NCBI GenBank assembly: GCA_905479125.1 | Contig: CAJQLI010000382.1 | Location: 1-55,781, forward strand | DNA length: 55,781 nt | From: an uncultured Alphaproteobacteria bacterium | GTDB taxonomy: Bacteria > Pseudomonadota > Alphaproteobacteria > MPNO01 > UBA830 | Reading direction: 5' to 3' | Part shown: positions 39,014 to 52,423 of the stretch, in pieces | Layout of the letters: each line of letters begins with the position of its first letter | Position numbering within the stretch: the first letter of the stretch is position 1 | The notes under the pieces: model-generated | Told to the model about the DNA's origin: nothing | The model's input: the letters and a program-made list of their open reading frames with translations, nothing else | Databases searched by the model: none | Position numbers and translations under genes: made by a program

Positions 39014-40230
39014 TCGGCAGCCTCTGTATTTTGGTCAAAGTGATGGGCGATGCGCTCTGCGAGCCGGTCGGCGACGTCGGTCTTTCGCATCGCGGGCCAG
39101 GCTTCGGTATCGGTGCCGGTAATCAGGTGGACGGTGTTGGTTTCGCCGCCGAATGTGCCGGTTTCCGGTGATACGTCGTTTGCGACAATCCAGTCGCACC
39201 CCTTGCGCTTGCGTTTTGAGGTGGCGTTCTCGATCAGGTTATCGGTTTCGGCGGCAAAGCCCACGACCAGTGCCGGCCGCTGGTTCCCGGCGGCAGACAG
39301 CGTACGCAGGATGTCCGGGTTCTCGATCATCTCGATACGGGGCGGTGCGGCGTCGTGTTCTTTCTTGATCTTGCTGTCGCCCTGCTCTGCGGGCCGCCAG
39401 TCAGCGACCGCGGCGGCGCAAACGGCGATATCCGCCGGCAGTGCACTCATACAGGCGTCATACATCTCCCGGGCAGATTCAATGTGGTGGACTTCGACGC
39501 CCGGGGGTGCCGCTTCGGAGGTTGGCCCGGTCACAAGGATCGTCTCTGCTCCCATGCCGGCCAGCGCCGCGGCGATCGCGTGGCCCTGTTTGCCGGATGA
39601 CCGGTTGGCGATGTAGCGCACAGGGTCGATCGCTTCGAGCGTCGGGCCGCTGGTGACCACGGCACGGCGCCCGGCAAGCGGGGCGGACGCGGCGAAATAG
39701 GTCTCGATCTCGGCGACGATCTCCAGTGGTTCCACCATCCGGCCTTCACCGAATTCGCCACACGCCATGTTGCCTTCGGTCGGGCCGGCAAAGCGGATAC
39801 CCCGGGATTTAAGCGTCGTTATATTTTCCTGCGTTGCGGCATGTTCCCACATGCGGACATTCATCGACGGGGCAACCAGGACATCCTTGTCGGTGGCAAG
39901 CAGGACCGTTGTCGCCAGGTCGTCCCCGATACCCTGGGCCATCTTCGCCATGATATTCGTTGTCGCCGGGGCGACCACCAGCAGATCGGCATCCCGTGAA
40001 AGCTGGATGTGGCCCATTTCCGCTTCATCCGTCAGTGAAAACAGGTCACCGTACACCCGGTCTTCGCTCAGCGCCGAGACGGAAAGCGGCGTGACGAACT
40101 GCGTTGCCGCATCCGTCAGGACGCAGCGCACAGAAGCGCCGCGTTCGCGAAGCCGCCGGATCAGGTCGAGGCATTTATAGGCCGCGATCCCGCCGGAAAT
40201 AATCAGAAGTATGCGTTTGCCGTGGAGCAT
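39010..40230 (-). CDS. coaBC: Bifunctional phosphopantothenoylcysteine decarboxylase / phosphopantothenate-cysteine ligase
   Basis: [15 protein letters not shown] is the flavoprotein domain, and the CoaB half has ITSGPT-like [25 protein letters not shown]. The ATG at 40230 is preferred over the GTG at 40248. Confidence 0.9.
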   Translation of the reverse strand: MLHGKRILLIISGGIAAYKCLDLIRRLRERGASVRCVLTDAATQFVTPLSVSALSEDRVYGDLFSLTDEAEMGHIQLSRDADLLVVAPATTNIMAKMAQGIGDDLATTVLLATDKDVLVAPSMNVRMWEHAATQENITTLKSRGIRFAGPTEGNMACGEFGEGRMVEPLEIVAEIETYFAASAPLAGRRAVVTSGPTLEAIDPVRYIANRSSGKQGHAIAAALAGMGAETILVTGPTSEAAPPGVEVHHIESAREMYDACMSALPADIAVCAAAVADWRPAEQGDSKIKKEHDAAPPRIEMIENPDILRTLSAAGNQRPALVVGFAAETDNLIENATSKRKRKGCDWIVANDVSPETGTFGGETNTVHLITGTDTEAWPAMRKTDVADRLAERIAHHFDQNTEAAE

Positions 40231-40299
40231 TCGGGGACACCCCTTCACCGGAAAGCCGGTAACCTAATGATTTTAAAGCCTTTCGGCAACAAATTGCGT

Positions 40300-41847
40300 T
40301 CAGTCCAGAACAGCAACGGCAACCGCTGCTGCCGCCGCTGCGAGAATCCATATCCGCCAGGCGCCCCGCCGTGCCTGGCCGCGGGTGAGCGACTCCAGCG
40401 AGGCCGGGTCGACGCGAAGGCCGTCACGTGTCACGGCGCCGATCGAGTCTTCCATATCTGCGATCAACTGGGGCAGGCGTTCCAACCGGTCGAGCATGTC
40501 CTCGGCCGCTTCGCGCATGCGTGCCTCGGGTCCCATATTGTCGATCATCCATTCTTCAATCAGCGGGCGTGCGAGTTCCCACATGTTGATATCCGGATAC
40601 AGTTTCCGGCCACTGCCTTCAGCAACCAGCATTGTTTTCTGCAGCAGCAACAGTTGCGGTTGCGCCCGCATCTCGAATTTTTCCGCGACGGCAAAAAGCT
40701 GGGCCAGAAGCCGCGCCAGCGAGATTTCGCTCAGCGGAAGACCGAAAATCGGCTCGGCGATAGACCGGGCTGCCTGGGCGAATTCGTCGACCGACTGGTT
40801 AGCCGGTACGTACCCTGCCTGAATATGAATCTCTGCAACGCGTTTGTAATTGCCGGTCAGGAATCCGTGCAGCATCTCGGCGAGATACTGCCGGGTCTGC
40901 CGGTCCAGCCGTCCCATGATGCCGAAATCCACGGCATGGACCACGCCTTCGTCATCGACAAAAATGTTGCCCGGATGAAGGTCGGCATGGAAAAAGCCGT
41001 CGCGGAAAACCTGCAGAAAAAACGCTCTCGCAAAATTCGCGACAATCGTTTCGCGGTCGAGCTTTTCTGTATCCGGATCGATTTCGTTCATCGGGGTCGC
41101 ATCGATCCAGGCGGTCGTCATGACGCGGCGGCCTGTGCGCAGCCAGTCCACGGCCGGTACCGAGAACGTCGGGTCATCCTCAAAATTCTGGCGCAGCTCG
41201 TCCGCCGCGGCTGCTTCGAATCGGAGATCCATCTCCATCTCGACCGAGCGGATAATTGTCTGGACGGCTTCGACCGGGCGCAACCGGTTCAACTCCGGCC
41301 GAAGGTTCTGAACCCGCTGTGCCGCCCACAGCGCAAGATCGAGGTCGCGGGCAAAGGCGGCTTCGATACCGGGGCGTAGAAGTTTGACGGCGATGGCATC
41401 GCCATCCGGCGTTGTTGCCTTATGCACCTGTGCGATTGAGGCGGCAGCGATGGCGGTGTCGTCAAAGGATCCGAACAGGTCTTCGATCGTGCCGTTCAGT
41501 TCCGTCTCGACGATCGTTCGGGCTTGGGCACCGCTGAAGGCGGGCAGATTATCCTGCAGGGATCTCAGGTCGTCGGCGAGGGTATCACCCACCAGGTCCG
41601 GGCGGACGGAAAGCGCTTGCCCCAGCTTGACGAAAGCCGGCCCCAGCGCGGTCATTGCCAGTGTCAGCCGTTCGCCGGGCCGGATCTGACGAACCCCGGA
41701 TTTGCGCGGCGCCAGAAGGACTATCCGTAATAGCCCGGTAAACACCCTGGGCAGCCCGGCCCGTTCCAGCGGGAACAGGGCATCGTGGCGCGCAAGTATC
41801 CGGGCAACCGTGATTATTCGGCGAAAATGGCGCAGACCTGCCAACAT
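40300..41847 (-). CDS. ubiB: Ubiquinone biosynthesis ABC1/UbiB-family kinase-like protein
   Basis: GPAFVKLGQALSVRPDL..., AAASIAQVH, GFFHADLHPGNIF, and C-terminal TM helices. Confidence 0.9.
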   Translation of the reverse strand: MLAGLRHFRRIITVARILARHDALFPLERAGLPRVFTGLLRIVLLAPRKSGVRQIRPGERLTLAMTALGPAFVKLGQALSVRPDLVGDTLADDLRSLQDNLPAFSGAQARTIVETELNGTIEDLFGSFDDTAIAAASIAQVHKATTPDGDAIAVKLLRPGIEAAFARDLDLALWAAQRVQNLRPELNRLRPVEAVQTIIRSVEMEMDLRFEAAAADELRQNFEDDPTFSVPAVDWLRTGRRVMTTAWIDATPMNEIDPDTEKLDRETIVANFARAFFLQVFRDGFFHADLHPGNIFVDDEGVVHAVDFGIMGRLDRQTRQYLAEMLHGFLTGNYKRVAEIHIQAGYVPANQSVDEFAQAARSIAEPIFGLPLSEISLARLLAQLFAVAEKFEMRAQPQLLLLQKTMLVAEGSGRKLYPDINMWELARPLIEEWMIDNMGPEARMREAAEDMLDRLERLPQLIADMEDSIGAVTRDGLRVDPASLESLTRGQARRGAWRIWILAAAAAAVAVAVLD

Positions 41848-41850
41848 GTT

Positions 41851-42639
41851 TTAGATACGCCAGCCCGAGTGCAGCCAGACGATCCCGCCTGACATAGGTG
41901 TCTGGGTGATGTTGCCGAAGCCGGCCTCGGTCATTTCGGCCGCCAGCTGATCGGGTTCCGGAAACTTGCGAATGCTTTCCGCAAGGTAGGCGTATGAATC
42001 CGCGTCGCCCGCAACACGCTGGCCGAGCCACGGCAGTACCTTGAAAGAATAGGTGTCGTAGAGCGGCTTGATCTGCGGCAGGACGGCGGGGCTGAATTCC
42101 AGGCAGATAAAATGCCCGCCGGGTTGCAGGGCCCGGCGCATCTCGGCAAGGGCATCGGTTCGGCGGGTTACATTGCGCAGACCGAACGCGATTGTGCAGG
42201 CTTGGAAGCCTGCACTTTTAACCGGCAGGTCCGCCGCATCGCCGCAGATCCGTGCGGGGCCGAGGGCTGTCCCACGATCCAGCGCCCGGTCCATGCCTGC
42301 GGTCAGCATCTCCTTGTTGATATCGCAGATGATCGCGCCGCCGCCTCCGCGTTTCAGGAATCCCTCCGCAACGTCGCCGGTGCCGCCGGCGACATCCAGC
42401 AGCGTCATGTCGGGCTGCGGATTCAGGCGGTCCTGCAGGGCGGCTTTCCACACCCGGTGCAAGCCTCCCGACATCAGGTCGTTCATCAGATCGTAGCGAC
42501 GGGCAACGGAATCGAATACGCCCCGGACCAGACCGGTGTGATCGGCGACGTCGACCCGCCGAAAGCCGAAATCGATTTCGTCCTGTTTATCGGCCCGGTT
42601 ATCCGGCGCTTTTGCTTGCGGATTTGTCGAAGAGTTCAT
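41851..42639 (-). CDS. ubiE: Demethylmenaquinone/ubiquinone C-methyltransferase
   Basis: VFDSVARRYDLMNDLMSGGLHRVWK, LDVAGGTGD and FGLRNVT. Confidence 0.9.
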   Translation of the reverse strand: MNSSTNPQAKAPDNRADKQDEIDFGFRRVDVADHTGLVRGVFDSVARRYDLMNDLMSGGLHRVWKAALQDRLNPQPDMTLLDVAGGTGDVAEGFLKRGGGGAIICDINKEMLTAGMDRALDRGTALGPARICGDAADLPVKSAGFQACTIAFGLRNVTRRTDALAEMRRALQPGGHFICLEFSPAVLPQIKPLYDTYSFKVLPWLGQRVAGDADSYAYLAESIRKFPEPDQLAAEMTEAGFGNITQTPMSGGIVWLHSGWRI

Positions 42640-42685
42640 GTGTTTGAGGATAGCGCGCAGACGCGCTTCCGGCTACCTTCTCGAT

Positions 42686-43567
42686 ATGCCCGAACTCCCC
42701 GAAGTTGAAACCGTTCGCCGCGGCCTTGCCGAGGTTATGGAAGGCCGCAGGATCGAGCGGATAGAGGTGCGGCGTCACGACCTCAGAATTCCGGTGCCGG
42801 ACGATTTTAATGAGCGTCTTCAGGGCCGTACCCTTGAAAAGATGGGTCGGCGGGCAAAATATCTTGTCGGAGAATTCGACGACGGCACGATCCTGCTCGC
42901 GCATCTTGGAATGTCCGGGCGGATGATTATCGAGACTCCCGACAATATGACGGAGAAATCTGCATCGAATATACCGGGCGATTTCGCGCACGATCCCGGC
43001 AATCATGCCAAACACGAACATATCGTCTTTCATGTTGGTAACGGCACCGTCATCCGGTTTTCAGATCCGCGGCGCTTCGGATTGATGACCCTGACGGATC
43101 GCGAAAATTTTGCCGATCACAAGCTTATCCGGCATCTCGGACCGGAGCCCACCGGCGAGGATTTTACCGGCCCGGTTCTGGCCGCGCGGTTGCAGGGCAA
43201 GCGCACGCCGATCAAGGCGGCTCTGCTGGACCAGCGTGTTGTGGCCGGGGTCGGGAATATCTATGCCTGCGAGGCGCTGTTTGCGGCCGGGCTTTCGCCC
43301 CTGCGGCAGGCGGCCACCGTCCAGGGTCGGCGGGCAGACCGCTTGGCGATGGCGGTGCGCGATGTACTCGCCGATGCTATCGCGGCCGGGGGTTCGTCAC
43401 TGCGCGATCATGTAGCGCCGACGGGCGAGCTCGGATATTTCCAGCACAGTTTCAAGGTATATGGCCGCACAGGGGAGCCGTGCCCGGGATGCGATTGTGG
43501 CCAATCCGTGCAACGGATTGTACAATCAGGCCGGTCGACCTTTTATTGCACGAAACGGCAACGGTAG
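42686..43567 (+). CDS. mutM: Formamidopyrimidine-DNA glycosylase
   Basis: N-terminal MPELPEVETVRRGL and a C-terminal zinc finger CPGCDC...CTKRQ. Confidence 0.9.
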   Translation: MPELPEVETVRRGLAEVMEGRRIERIEVRRHDLRIPVPDDFNERLQGRTLEKMGRRAKYLVGEFDDGTILLAHLGMSGRMIIETPDNMTEKSASNIPGDFAHDPGNHAKHEHIVFHVGNGTVIRFSDPRRFGLMTLTDRENFADHKLIRHLGPEPTGEDFTGPVLAARLQGKRTPIKAALLDQRVVAGVGNIYACEALFAAGLSPLRQAATVQGRRADRLAMAVRDVLADAIAAGGSSLRDHVAPTGELGYFQHSFKVYGRTGEPCPGCDCGQSVQRIVQSGRSTFYCTKRQR

Positions 43568-43573
43568 GGCCTG

Positions 43574-44002
43574 ATGTTGAATTTCTCCTGTATTCTCGGT
43601 GTTTCATCTCGCGGTGTTTCGTCTGTCTTCACCGCCACGGTGGCGGGCGTGATGGTGGCCGCGGTGCTGTTACTTGCACCGGCAGGGCTCTCGGCCGCCG
43701 AATTCTTCAGGTCGATCGACGATCTGCCCCTGGCGCCCGGCCTGACTGAAGTTGTCGAGGAGGGGGTCGAGTTCGATAGTCCCGCCGGTCGGATTGTGAC
43801 CGCGGTTGCGGCAGGGGATGTTCGTTCCGATACCGTGATTGCGTTCTATCGCAAGGCGTTGCCGCCGCTGGGCTGGTCGAAGACACCGGGCGGGACCTAT
43901 CACCGGGAAGGGGAAGTGCTGACGTTGCGGCTTGAATCCGGCGGCAAGGCTGTAAAGCTGATGATCCGCGTTGTTCCGGCGCAACCGAATATGGCCAGAT
44001 AG
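43574..44002 (+). CDS. Hypothetical exported protein
   Basis: Hydrophobic signal-like N-terminus (VAGVMVAAVLLLAPAGLSAAEF). I recognise no family. The start is 6 nt after the mutM stop. Confidence 0.45.
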   Translation: MLNFSCILGVSSRGVSSVFTATVAGVMVAAVLLLAPAGLSAAEFFRSIDDLPLAPGLTEVVEEGVEFDSPAGRIVTAVAAGDVRSDTVIAFYRKALPPLGWSKTPGGTYHREGEVLTLRLESGGKAVKLMIRVVPAQPNMAR

Positions 44003-44117
44003 CCCGGCCCGGCGCATGTGCGCGCACTGTCCAAATAATCGTTCCCGTACCCGCAGAAACCCTTGACGTCGGGTCACTTCCCTCGTAAAACCAGCGCCCG
44101 TTTCAGAGGAAATACCG

Positions 44118-44378
44118 ATGGCGAATACATCATCAGCGAAAAAGCGTGTCCGGCGCGATGAGCGCAAGACCGCGACCAATATCAGCCGCCGCAGCCGCAT
44201 CCGTACCTTTATCAAAAGGGTCGAGACTGCGATCGAAACCGGCGACAAAGATGCTGCGAATGCGGCACTGAAATCTGCGCAGCCGGAATTGATGCGTGGC
44301 GTGACGCGCGGCGTTGTAAACAAGAACGCAGCATCACGTAAGATTTCGCGTTTGTCGCGGCGCATCAAGGCGATCTGA
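44118..44378 (+). CDS. rpsT: 30S ribosomal protein S20
   Basis: [36 protein letters not shown]... Confidence 0.9.
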   Translation: MANTSSAKKRVRRDERKTATNISRRSRIRTFIKRVETAIETGDKDAANAALKSAQPELMRGVTRGVVNKNAASRKISRLSRRIKAI

Positions 44379-44436
44379 TTTTCGTCTGACCGGCGGATAG
44401 CTCTTTAGAGTCAATCGCTTCCAAGGTGCTTCAATG

Positions 44437-44460
44437 AGGCCGGCTTTCCGCCGGCCTTTT
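44437..44460 (+). terminator. Intrinsic terminator downstream of rpsT
   Basis: AGGCCGGC (44437-44444) and GCCGGCCT (44450-44457) form a perfect 8-bp stem with a 5-nt loop, followed by TTTTG. Confidence 0.7.
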
Positions 44461-44825
44461 GCGTTTCCGAATTTTGCCGCAAAGTGGTGCTCACGGCGGC
44501 TTTCAGGTTCTTCCACAGGGTTATGCACCGTTCTATACCGTTCCAATGTGTCAACCCCATAAATCTTTCCGAATCGCAAATTTTTTCGTCGGAACGCCTT
44601 ATCAAGGCGTTGCACCTGCCGGATGTGATCGTTACAGTTACCCCACGGATCGACAGGGCGACCCGTAATGATTAATAAATAATGGCGTCTTGATTATCTT
44701 TTTGCTGTAACAGGCAACTCTAATATAGATACTTATTTGTCGAGATCTTCGAATCCTAAGTAGTGGGCAAAGTTGCTGAAGTAACTGTCGACGTGCGTCG
44801 GGCGCGTCGTTAAAGGGGGCATTAA

Positions 44826-45293
44826 ATGAGTCAATCATCCGGATCCGGAGCAACCACCGCGGGGCAGGCAAGCAGCGTGGGTTATGCCGGGGATGTTGAC
44901 GTCACGGAGGCATGGGAAGGGGTCAAGAATAACCCCGGCGCCGTGCTGGTAGACGTACGCACGAATGCAGAGTGGAATTTCGTCGGTATTCCTGACCTGT
45001 CGGAGGCCGGCAAGGAGCCGGTTCTGGTCGAATGGCAGATGTTTCCGACGATGGACGTGAACGCGTCATTCGTTGACGCGGTTGTTGCCGCCGCACCCGA
45101 CAAAGAACAGCCGATTTATTTTCTGTGCCGGTCTGGCGCGCGGTCGAAATCGGCCGCCATGGCGCTGACGCAGGCCGGGTATTCCGCTTGTTTCAATATC
45201 AGTGAGGGCTTCGAAGGCCCGCACGACCAGAACCGCCATCGTGGATCGGCGGCGGGCTGGAAGGCCAGCGGTCTTCCTTGGGTACAGGGTTAA
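44826..45293 (+). CDS. Single-domain rhodanese-like sulfurtransferase
   Basis: LVDVRTNAEWNFVGIP...IYFLCRSGARSKSAA carries the active-site loop CRSGARS. Confidence 0.8.
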   Translation: MSQSSGSGATTAGQASSVGYAGDVDVTEAWEGVKNNPGAVLVDVRTNAEWNFVGIPDLSEAGKEPVLVEWQMFPTMDVNASFVDAVVAAAPDKEQPIYFLCRSGARSKSAAMALTQAGYSACFNISEGFEGPHDQNRHRGSAAGWKASGLPWVQG

Positions 45294-45297
45294 GCAC

Positions 45298-46689
45298 ATG
45301 GCAGAGAATGGATTAACCCAGGATATTAATGCCCGCTGGACACGTGTTCGCGGCGTTCTGCGCGCCGAAGTCGGCGATTCCGCCTATAAAAGCTGGTTGA
45401 AGCCGCTTGGGCTCGTTGAATACGCCGATGGCGTGGTGAAGCTGTCCGTTCCCACGCGCTTTATGCGCGACTGGGTGGCGAACCATTACGGCGAGCGGAT
45501 TTCCGCGCTTTGGTCGGATGGAGACTCGCCTGTATCGAATGTCGACATATTCGTGCTTGCGGACAAGGCAGATGTTCGCGCGGCTGCGGCGGCGAAGCCC
45601 GCATCCGAAACAACGGTGCGGGCAACAGAAGGCGTGCGGGTTTCGCCCGAGCGCGCCGAGGGAGACGTCAGCGCATCGCTGGATCCCCGTTTCAAGTTTG
45701 ATAATTTCGTTGTCGGAAAACCGAACGAGCTGGCATATGCGGCGGCGCGCCGGGTCGCGGACTCGCCGACGGCTACCTACAATCCGCTGTTTCTCTATGG
45801 CGGCGTCGGGCTCGGCAAAACCCACCTGATGCATGCGATCGCCTGGCATATTCGTGAGCATCAGCCGGATCGGAAGGTTGTTTACCTGTCGGCCGAAAAG
45901 TTCATGTATCACTTTATCCGGGCGCTTCGGTTCCAGGATACGATGGCCTTCAAGGAGCGTTTCCGCTCGGTCGATGTGCTGATGATTGACGATGTTCAGT
46001 TCATCAACGGCAAGGAATCGACCCAGGAAGAGTTCTTCCACACGTTCAATGACCTGGTCGACAATAACCGCCAGGTTGTTATCTCGGCGGACAAGTCTCC
46101 GTCCGACCTCGAGGGGATGGAGGAGCGCCTGCGCTCGCGCCTCGGTTGGGGTCTGGTCGCGGATATTCATGCGACCACGTACGAGCTGCGCCTTGGCATT
46201 CTGCATGCCAAGAAAGACGAGATGGAAGTTGCGGTGCCCGACAAGGTGCTGGAATTCCTCGCCCACAAGATCACTTCAAGCGTACGGGAGCTGGAGGGTG
46301 CTCTGAACCGCGTCTCCGCACATTCCACGCTGATCGGTCGGGAGATCACGCTGGAGAGCTGTCAGGAGGTCCTGCATGACCTGTTGCGCGCCAGTGACCG
46401 GCGGGTCACGATCGAAGAGATTCAGAAACGGGTGGCCGAACATTTCAATATCCGCATGGCCGACATGCATTCTGCGCGCCGGTCCCGGGCCGTCGCGCGT
46501 CCGCGTCAGGTCGCGATGTATCTGTCCAAGCAGCTGACCTCGCGGTCGTTGCCGGAAATAGGCCGGAAGTTCGGCGGGCGCGACCATACGACGGTCATGC
46601 ACGCGGTGAAGAAGGTCGAAGAGCTGCGGACGTCGGATATGAATTTCGCTGAAGACGTCGATCTGCTCCGCCGCATGCTGGAAAGCTGA
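45298..46689 (+). CDS. dnaA: Chromosomal replication initiator protein DnaA
   Basis: YNPLFLYGGVGLGKTHLMHA (Walker A), LMIDDVQF, the sensor and box VII regions, and the C-terminal DNA-binding block VARPRQVAMYLSKQLTSRSLPEIGRKFGGRDHTTVMHA. The ATG at 45298 lies 4 nt after the rhodanese stop. Confidence 0.95.
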   Translation: MAENGLTQDINARWTRVRGVLRAEVGDSAYKSWLKPLGLVEYADGVVKLSVPTRFMRDWVANHYGERISALWSDGDSPVSNVDIFVLADKADVRAAAAAKPASETTVRATEGVRVSPERAEGDVSASLDPRFKFDNFVVGKPNELAYAAARRVADSPTATYNPLFLYGGVGLGKTHLMHAIAWHIREHQPDRKVVYLSAEKFMYHFIRALRFQDTMAFKERFRSVDVLMIDDVQFINGKESTQEEFFHTFNDLVDNNRQVVISADKSPSDLEGMEERLRSRLGWGLVADIHATTYELRLGILHAKKDEMEVAVPDKVLEFLAHKITSSVRELEGALNRVSAHSTLIGREITLESCQEVLHDLLRASDRRVTIEEIQKRVAEHFNIRMADMHSARRSRAVARPRQVAMYLSKQLTSRSLPEIGRKFGGRDHTTVMHAVKKVEELRTSDMNFAEDVDLLRRMLES

Positions 46690-46699
46690 TACGCGCAGC

Positions 46700-46719
46700 G
46701 CCGCTGCTTCGGCAGCGGC
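46700..46719 (+). terminator. GC-rich hairpin just after the dnaA stop (terminator-like, no T tract)
   Basis: GCCGCTGC TTCG GCAGCGGC is a perfect 8-bp stem. Confidence 0.35.
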
Positions 46720-46889
46720 CTGTGGCGGGGCCTCTCAGCCCTCGAATTCCGCCGGAAATCTCCCATTTGGGGCCAAATTACGTCCGGCTGATTCGCCGGA
46801 TCTGGCGCGGCCGAAGACCGGCTTTGTAACCCCCTGATAACACTGATCTTTTGAGGGTCAGGATCGGCGTGATGATTCTGCGACTTCTC

Positions 46890-46917
46890 TTGGGATTTCA
46901 ATGACTTGTGGTATAAT
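46890..46917 (+). promoter_or_regulatory. Candidate extended -10 promoter for dnaN
   Basis: TTGGGA (46890-46895), a 16-nt spacer, then TGGTATAAT with a perfect TATAAT at 46912-46917. Confidence 0.35.
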
Positions 46918-47026
46918 TTGCGACCTTTCAAAGGCTTCGTCGTCATGAGCCGTGCGCCCGGCGGGCGCAAGACTCGACGATAAGCCGTTCCGGTGGCCCT
47001 AACAGCGTGAAAGCCGATCCCAAGCC

Positions 47027-48145
47027 ATGCAATTTACCATCGAGCGCAGCATACTCCTCCGGTCCCTCACACATGTGCAGGGCGTTGTCGAGCGACGCAC
47101 GACCATCCCTATCCTGTCGAATGTTCTGCTTCAGGCCACTGGCGGTAAGCTGGGCCTGACGGCAACCGATATGGACCTTGCCATCATCGAGGGCACGCAG
47201 GCCGATGTTACCCAGGACGGGTCGACGACGGTGCCGGCGCATACCTTGTACGACATCGTCCGAAAACTCCCTGAAGGCTCGCAGGTCGAAATTCGCGCCG
47301 GCGGCGAGCAGGGGCAGCTTGAAATCCGTTCGGGCCGCTCCAAGCTCAGCCTGACGACGTTGCCGAGCGAGGATTTCCCGGTGATGACCGATGGTGATCT
47401 GCCGCACCGGTTCACGATATCTGCCGAAATGCTGCGCCGGCTGATCGATCGGACGCGCTTTGCGATGTCGACCGAGGAAACCCGCTATTACCTGAACGGG
47501 CTTTATTTCCATGCTGCCGAAACCGACGGGGCGCCTGTCCTGCGGATCGTTGCGACAGACGGTCACCGTCTGGCACGTGTCGAGGTTCCATTGCCCGAAG
47601 GGGCGGCCGGTATGCCCGGTGTTATCGTGCCGCGTAAAGCGGTTGCCGAAATCCGCAAGCTGATCGACGAGGTCGAAGACGATGTCGAAATCGCCCTGTC
47701 GGAAACCAAGATCCGCTTCGCGTTCGGCGATGCCGTTCTGACCTCCAAGCTCATCGACGGGACTTTCCCCGATTACGACCGGGTCATCCCGTTTGGCAAT
47801 GACAAGACGCTGGAAGTAAAGCGCAACGAATTCGTCAAGGCGGTGGACCTGGTGTCGACGATCTCGACCGAGAAATCCCGCGCTATCAAGTTGTCACTGG
47901 AAAACGGCAATCTGGTGTTGACGGCAACCAGCCCCGAAGCCGGCAGTGCCCGAGAAGAACTGGACGTCGATTACAACGACGGTTCGCTCGAAATCGGTTT
48001 CAATTCGAAATATCTGCTCGATATCACCCAGCAGATCGAGGGCGAGGATGCTAAATTCATGCTGTCGGATGGTGCATCGCCGACCCTGGTTCAGGATATG
48101 GGCGATACCAGCGCATTGTATGTTCTTATGCCCATGCGCGTCTGA
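47027..48145 (+). CDS. dnaN: DNA polymerase III beta sliding clamp
   Basis: MQFTIERSILLRSLTHVQGVVERRTTIPILSNVLL..., three-domain length, C-terminal MPMRV. Confidence 0.95.
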   Translation: MQFTIERSILLRSLTHVQGVVERRTTIPILSNVLLQATGGKLGLTATDMDLAIIEGTQADVTQDGSTTVPAHTLYDIVRKLPEGSQVEIRAGGEQGQLEIRSGRSKLSLTTLPSEDFPVMTDGDLPHRFTISAEMLRRLIDRTRFAMSTEETRYYLNGLYFHAAETDGAPVLRIVATDGHRLARVEVPLPEGAAGMPGVIVPRKAVAEIRKLIDEVEDDVEIALSETKIRFAFGDAVLTSKLIDGTFPDYDRVIPFGNDKTLEVKRNEFVKAVDLVSTISTEKSRAIKLSLENGNLVLTATSPEAGSAREELDVDYNDGSLEIGFNSKYLLDITQQIEGEDAKFMLSDGASPTLVQDMGDTSALYVLMPMRV

Positions 48146-48159
48146 CGCGGTCGGACCGG

Positions 48160-51820
<3,661 letters not shown>

Positions 51821-51852
51821 TGGGCGTTAGCCGATATGTCAGCTCTGGTGGG

Positions 51853-52356
51853 TCAATCCAGGTCGGCAATCCGGTCGAAACTCGTCCCAAAGGCCGCACA
51901 GATCGCTACATCTTTAAGCTCGGGGGCGAGATGCCGGTAAAATTTACGCGCCACTTTGTTTCGTTTCAGGACGGACCAGAAAATCCAGCGTCCGCCCTGG
52001 TCGCGGGTATGCCGGGAAATCCCGGTCATCAGCGCCGTCCCTATACCGCTTCGTCTGTGTGCTTCGTCTACATAAAGATCGGCGAGATAAATGCCCCGGG
52101 TCGCGCTGTCGGTATCGTACCCCCAGTAATAAACTGCGTAACCGGCATGAGCGCCGTCGCATTCCGCCACCAGGGTGTGGAATGCCGGCGGGTCGGCAAA
52201 CCCGTCCCGCAGGAATGCTTCTGCCGAAAAACGCGAAACGCGGCCGCCATCAGACACACTCAACGCCCGTGCCATGCTGGCAATCGCCGTCGCGTCTTCG
52301 CGCTGCGCCGGACGCACCGCTATGGAGGATTTTTCGCCGGAAATTCTGTCCGCCAT
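51853..52356 (-). CDS. GNAT-family N-acetyltransferase
   Basis: YLADLYVDEAHRRSGIGTALM is the acetyl-CoA-binding motif A. The ATG at 52356 is preferred over 52377. Confidence 0.75.
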   Translation of the reverse strand: MADRISGEKSSIAVRPAQREDATAIASMARALSVSDGGRVSRFSAEAFLRDGFADPPAFHTLVAECDGAHAGYAVYYWGYDTDSATRGIYLADLYVDEAHRRSGIGTALMTGISRHTRDQGGRWIFWSVLKRNKVARKFYRHLAPELKDVAICAAFGTSFDRIADLD

Positions 52357-52423
52357 ATCGCCTTGATGTCGCCACATTGGTGAAGTGGATTGATGCCGAA
52401 CCTAATCTACAACATATAACGTC

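Noticed and set aside
44408-44832. GANTC (CcrM-type) sites upstream of rhodanese-dnaA: GAGTC at 44408, GAATC at 44571, GAATC at 44751 and GAGTC at 44828.
   Set aside because: Four sites in about 430 bp is only mildly above random expectation (roughly 1 per 256 bp). That is not enough to claim methylation control.
44379-47026. The two intergenic regions flanking dnaA (44379-44825 and 46690-47026) as the replication origin.
   Set aside because: I found only 6-7/9 matches to TTATCCACA (for example 44509-44517, and TGTGGTATA near 46907) and no cluster of boxes. Gene orientation across the window does not switch here in an origin-like way. Placing the origin needs a whole-replicon skew analysis.
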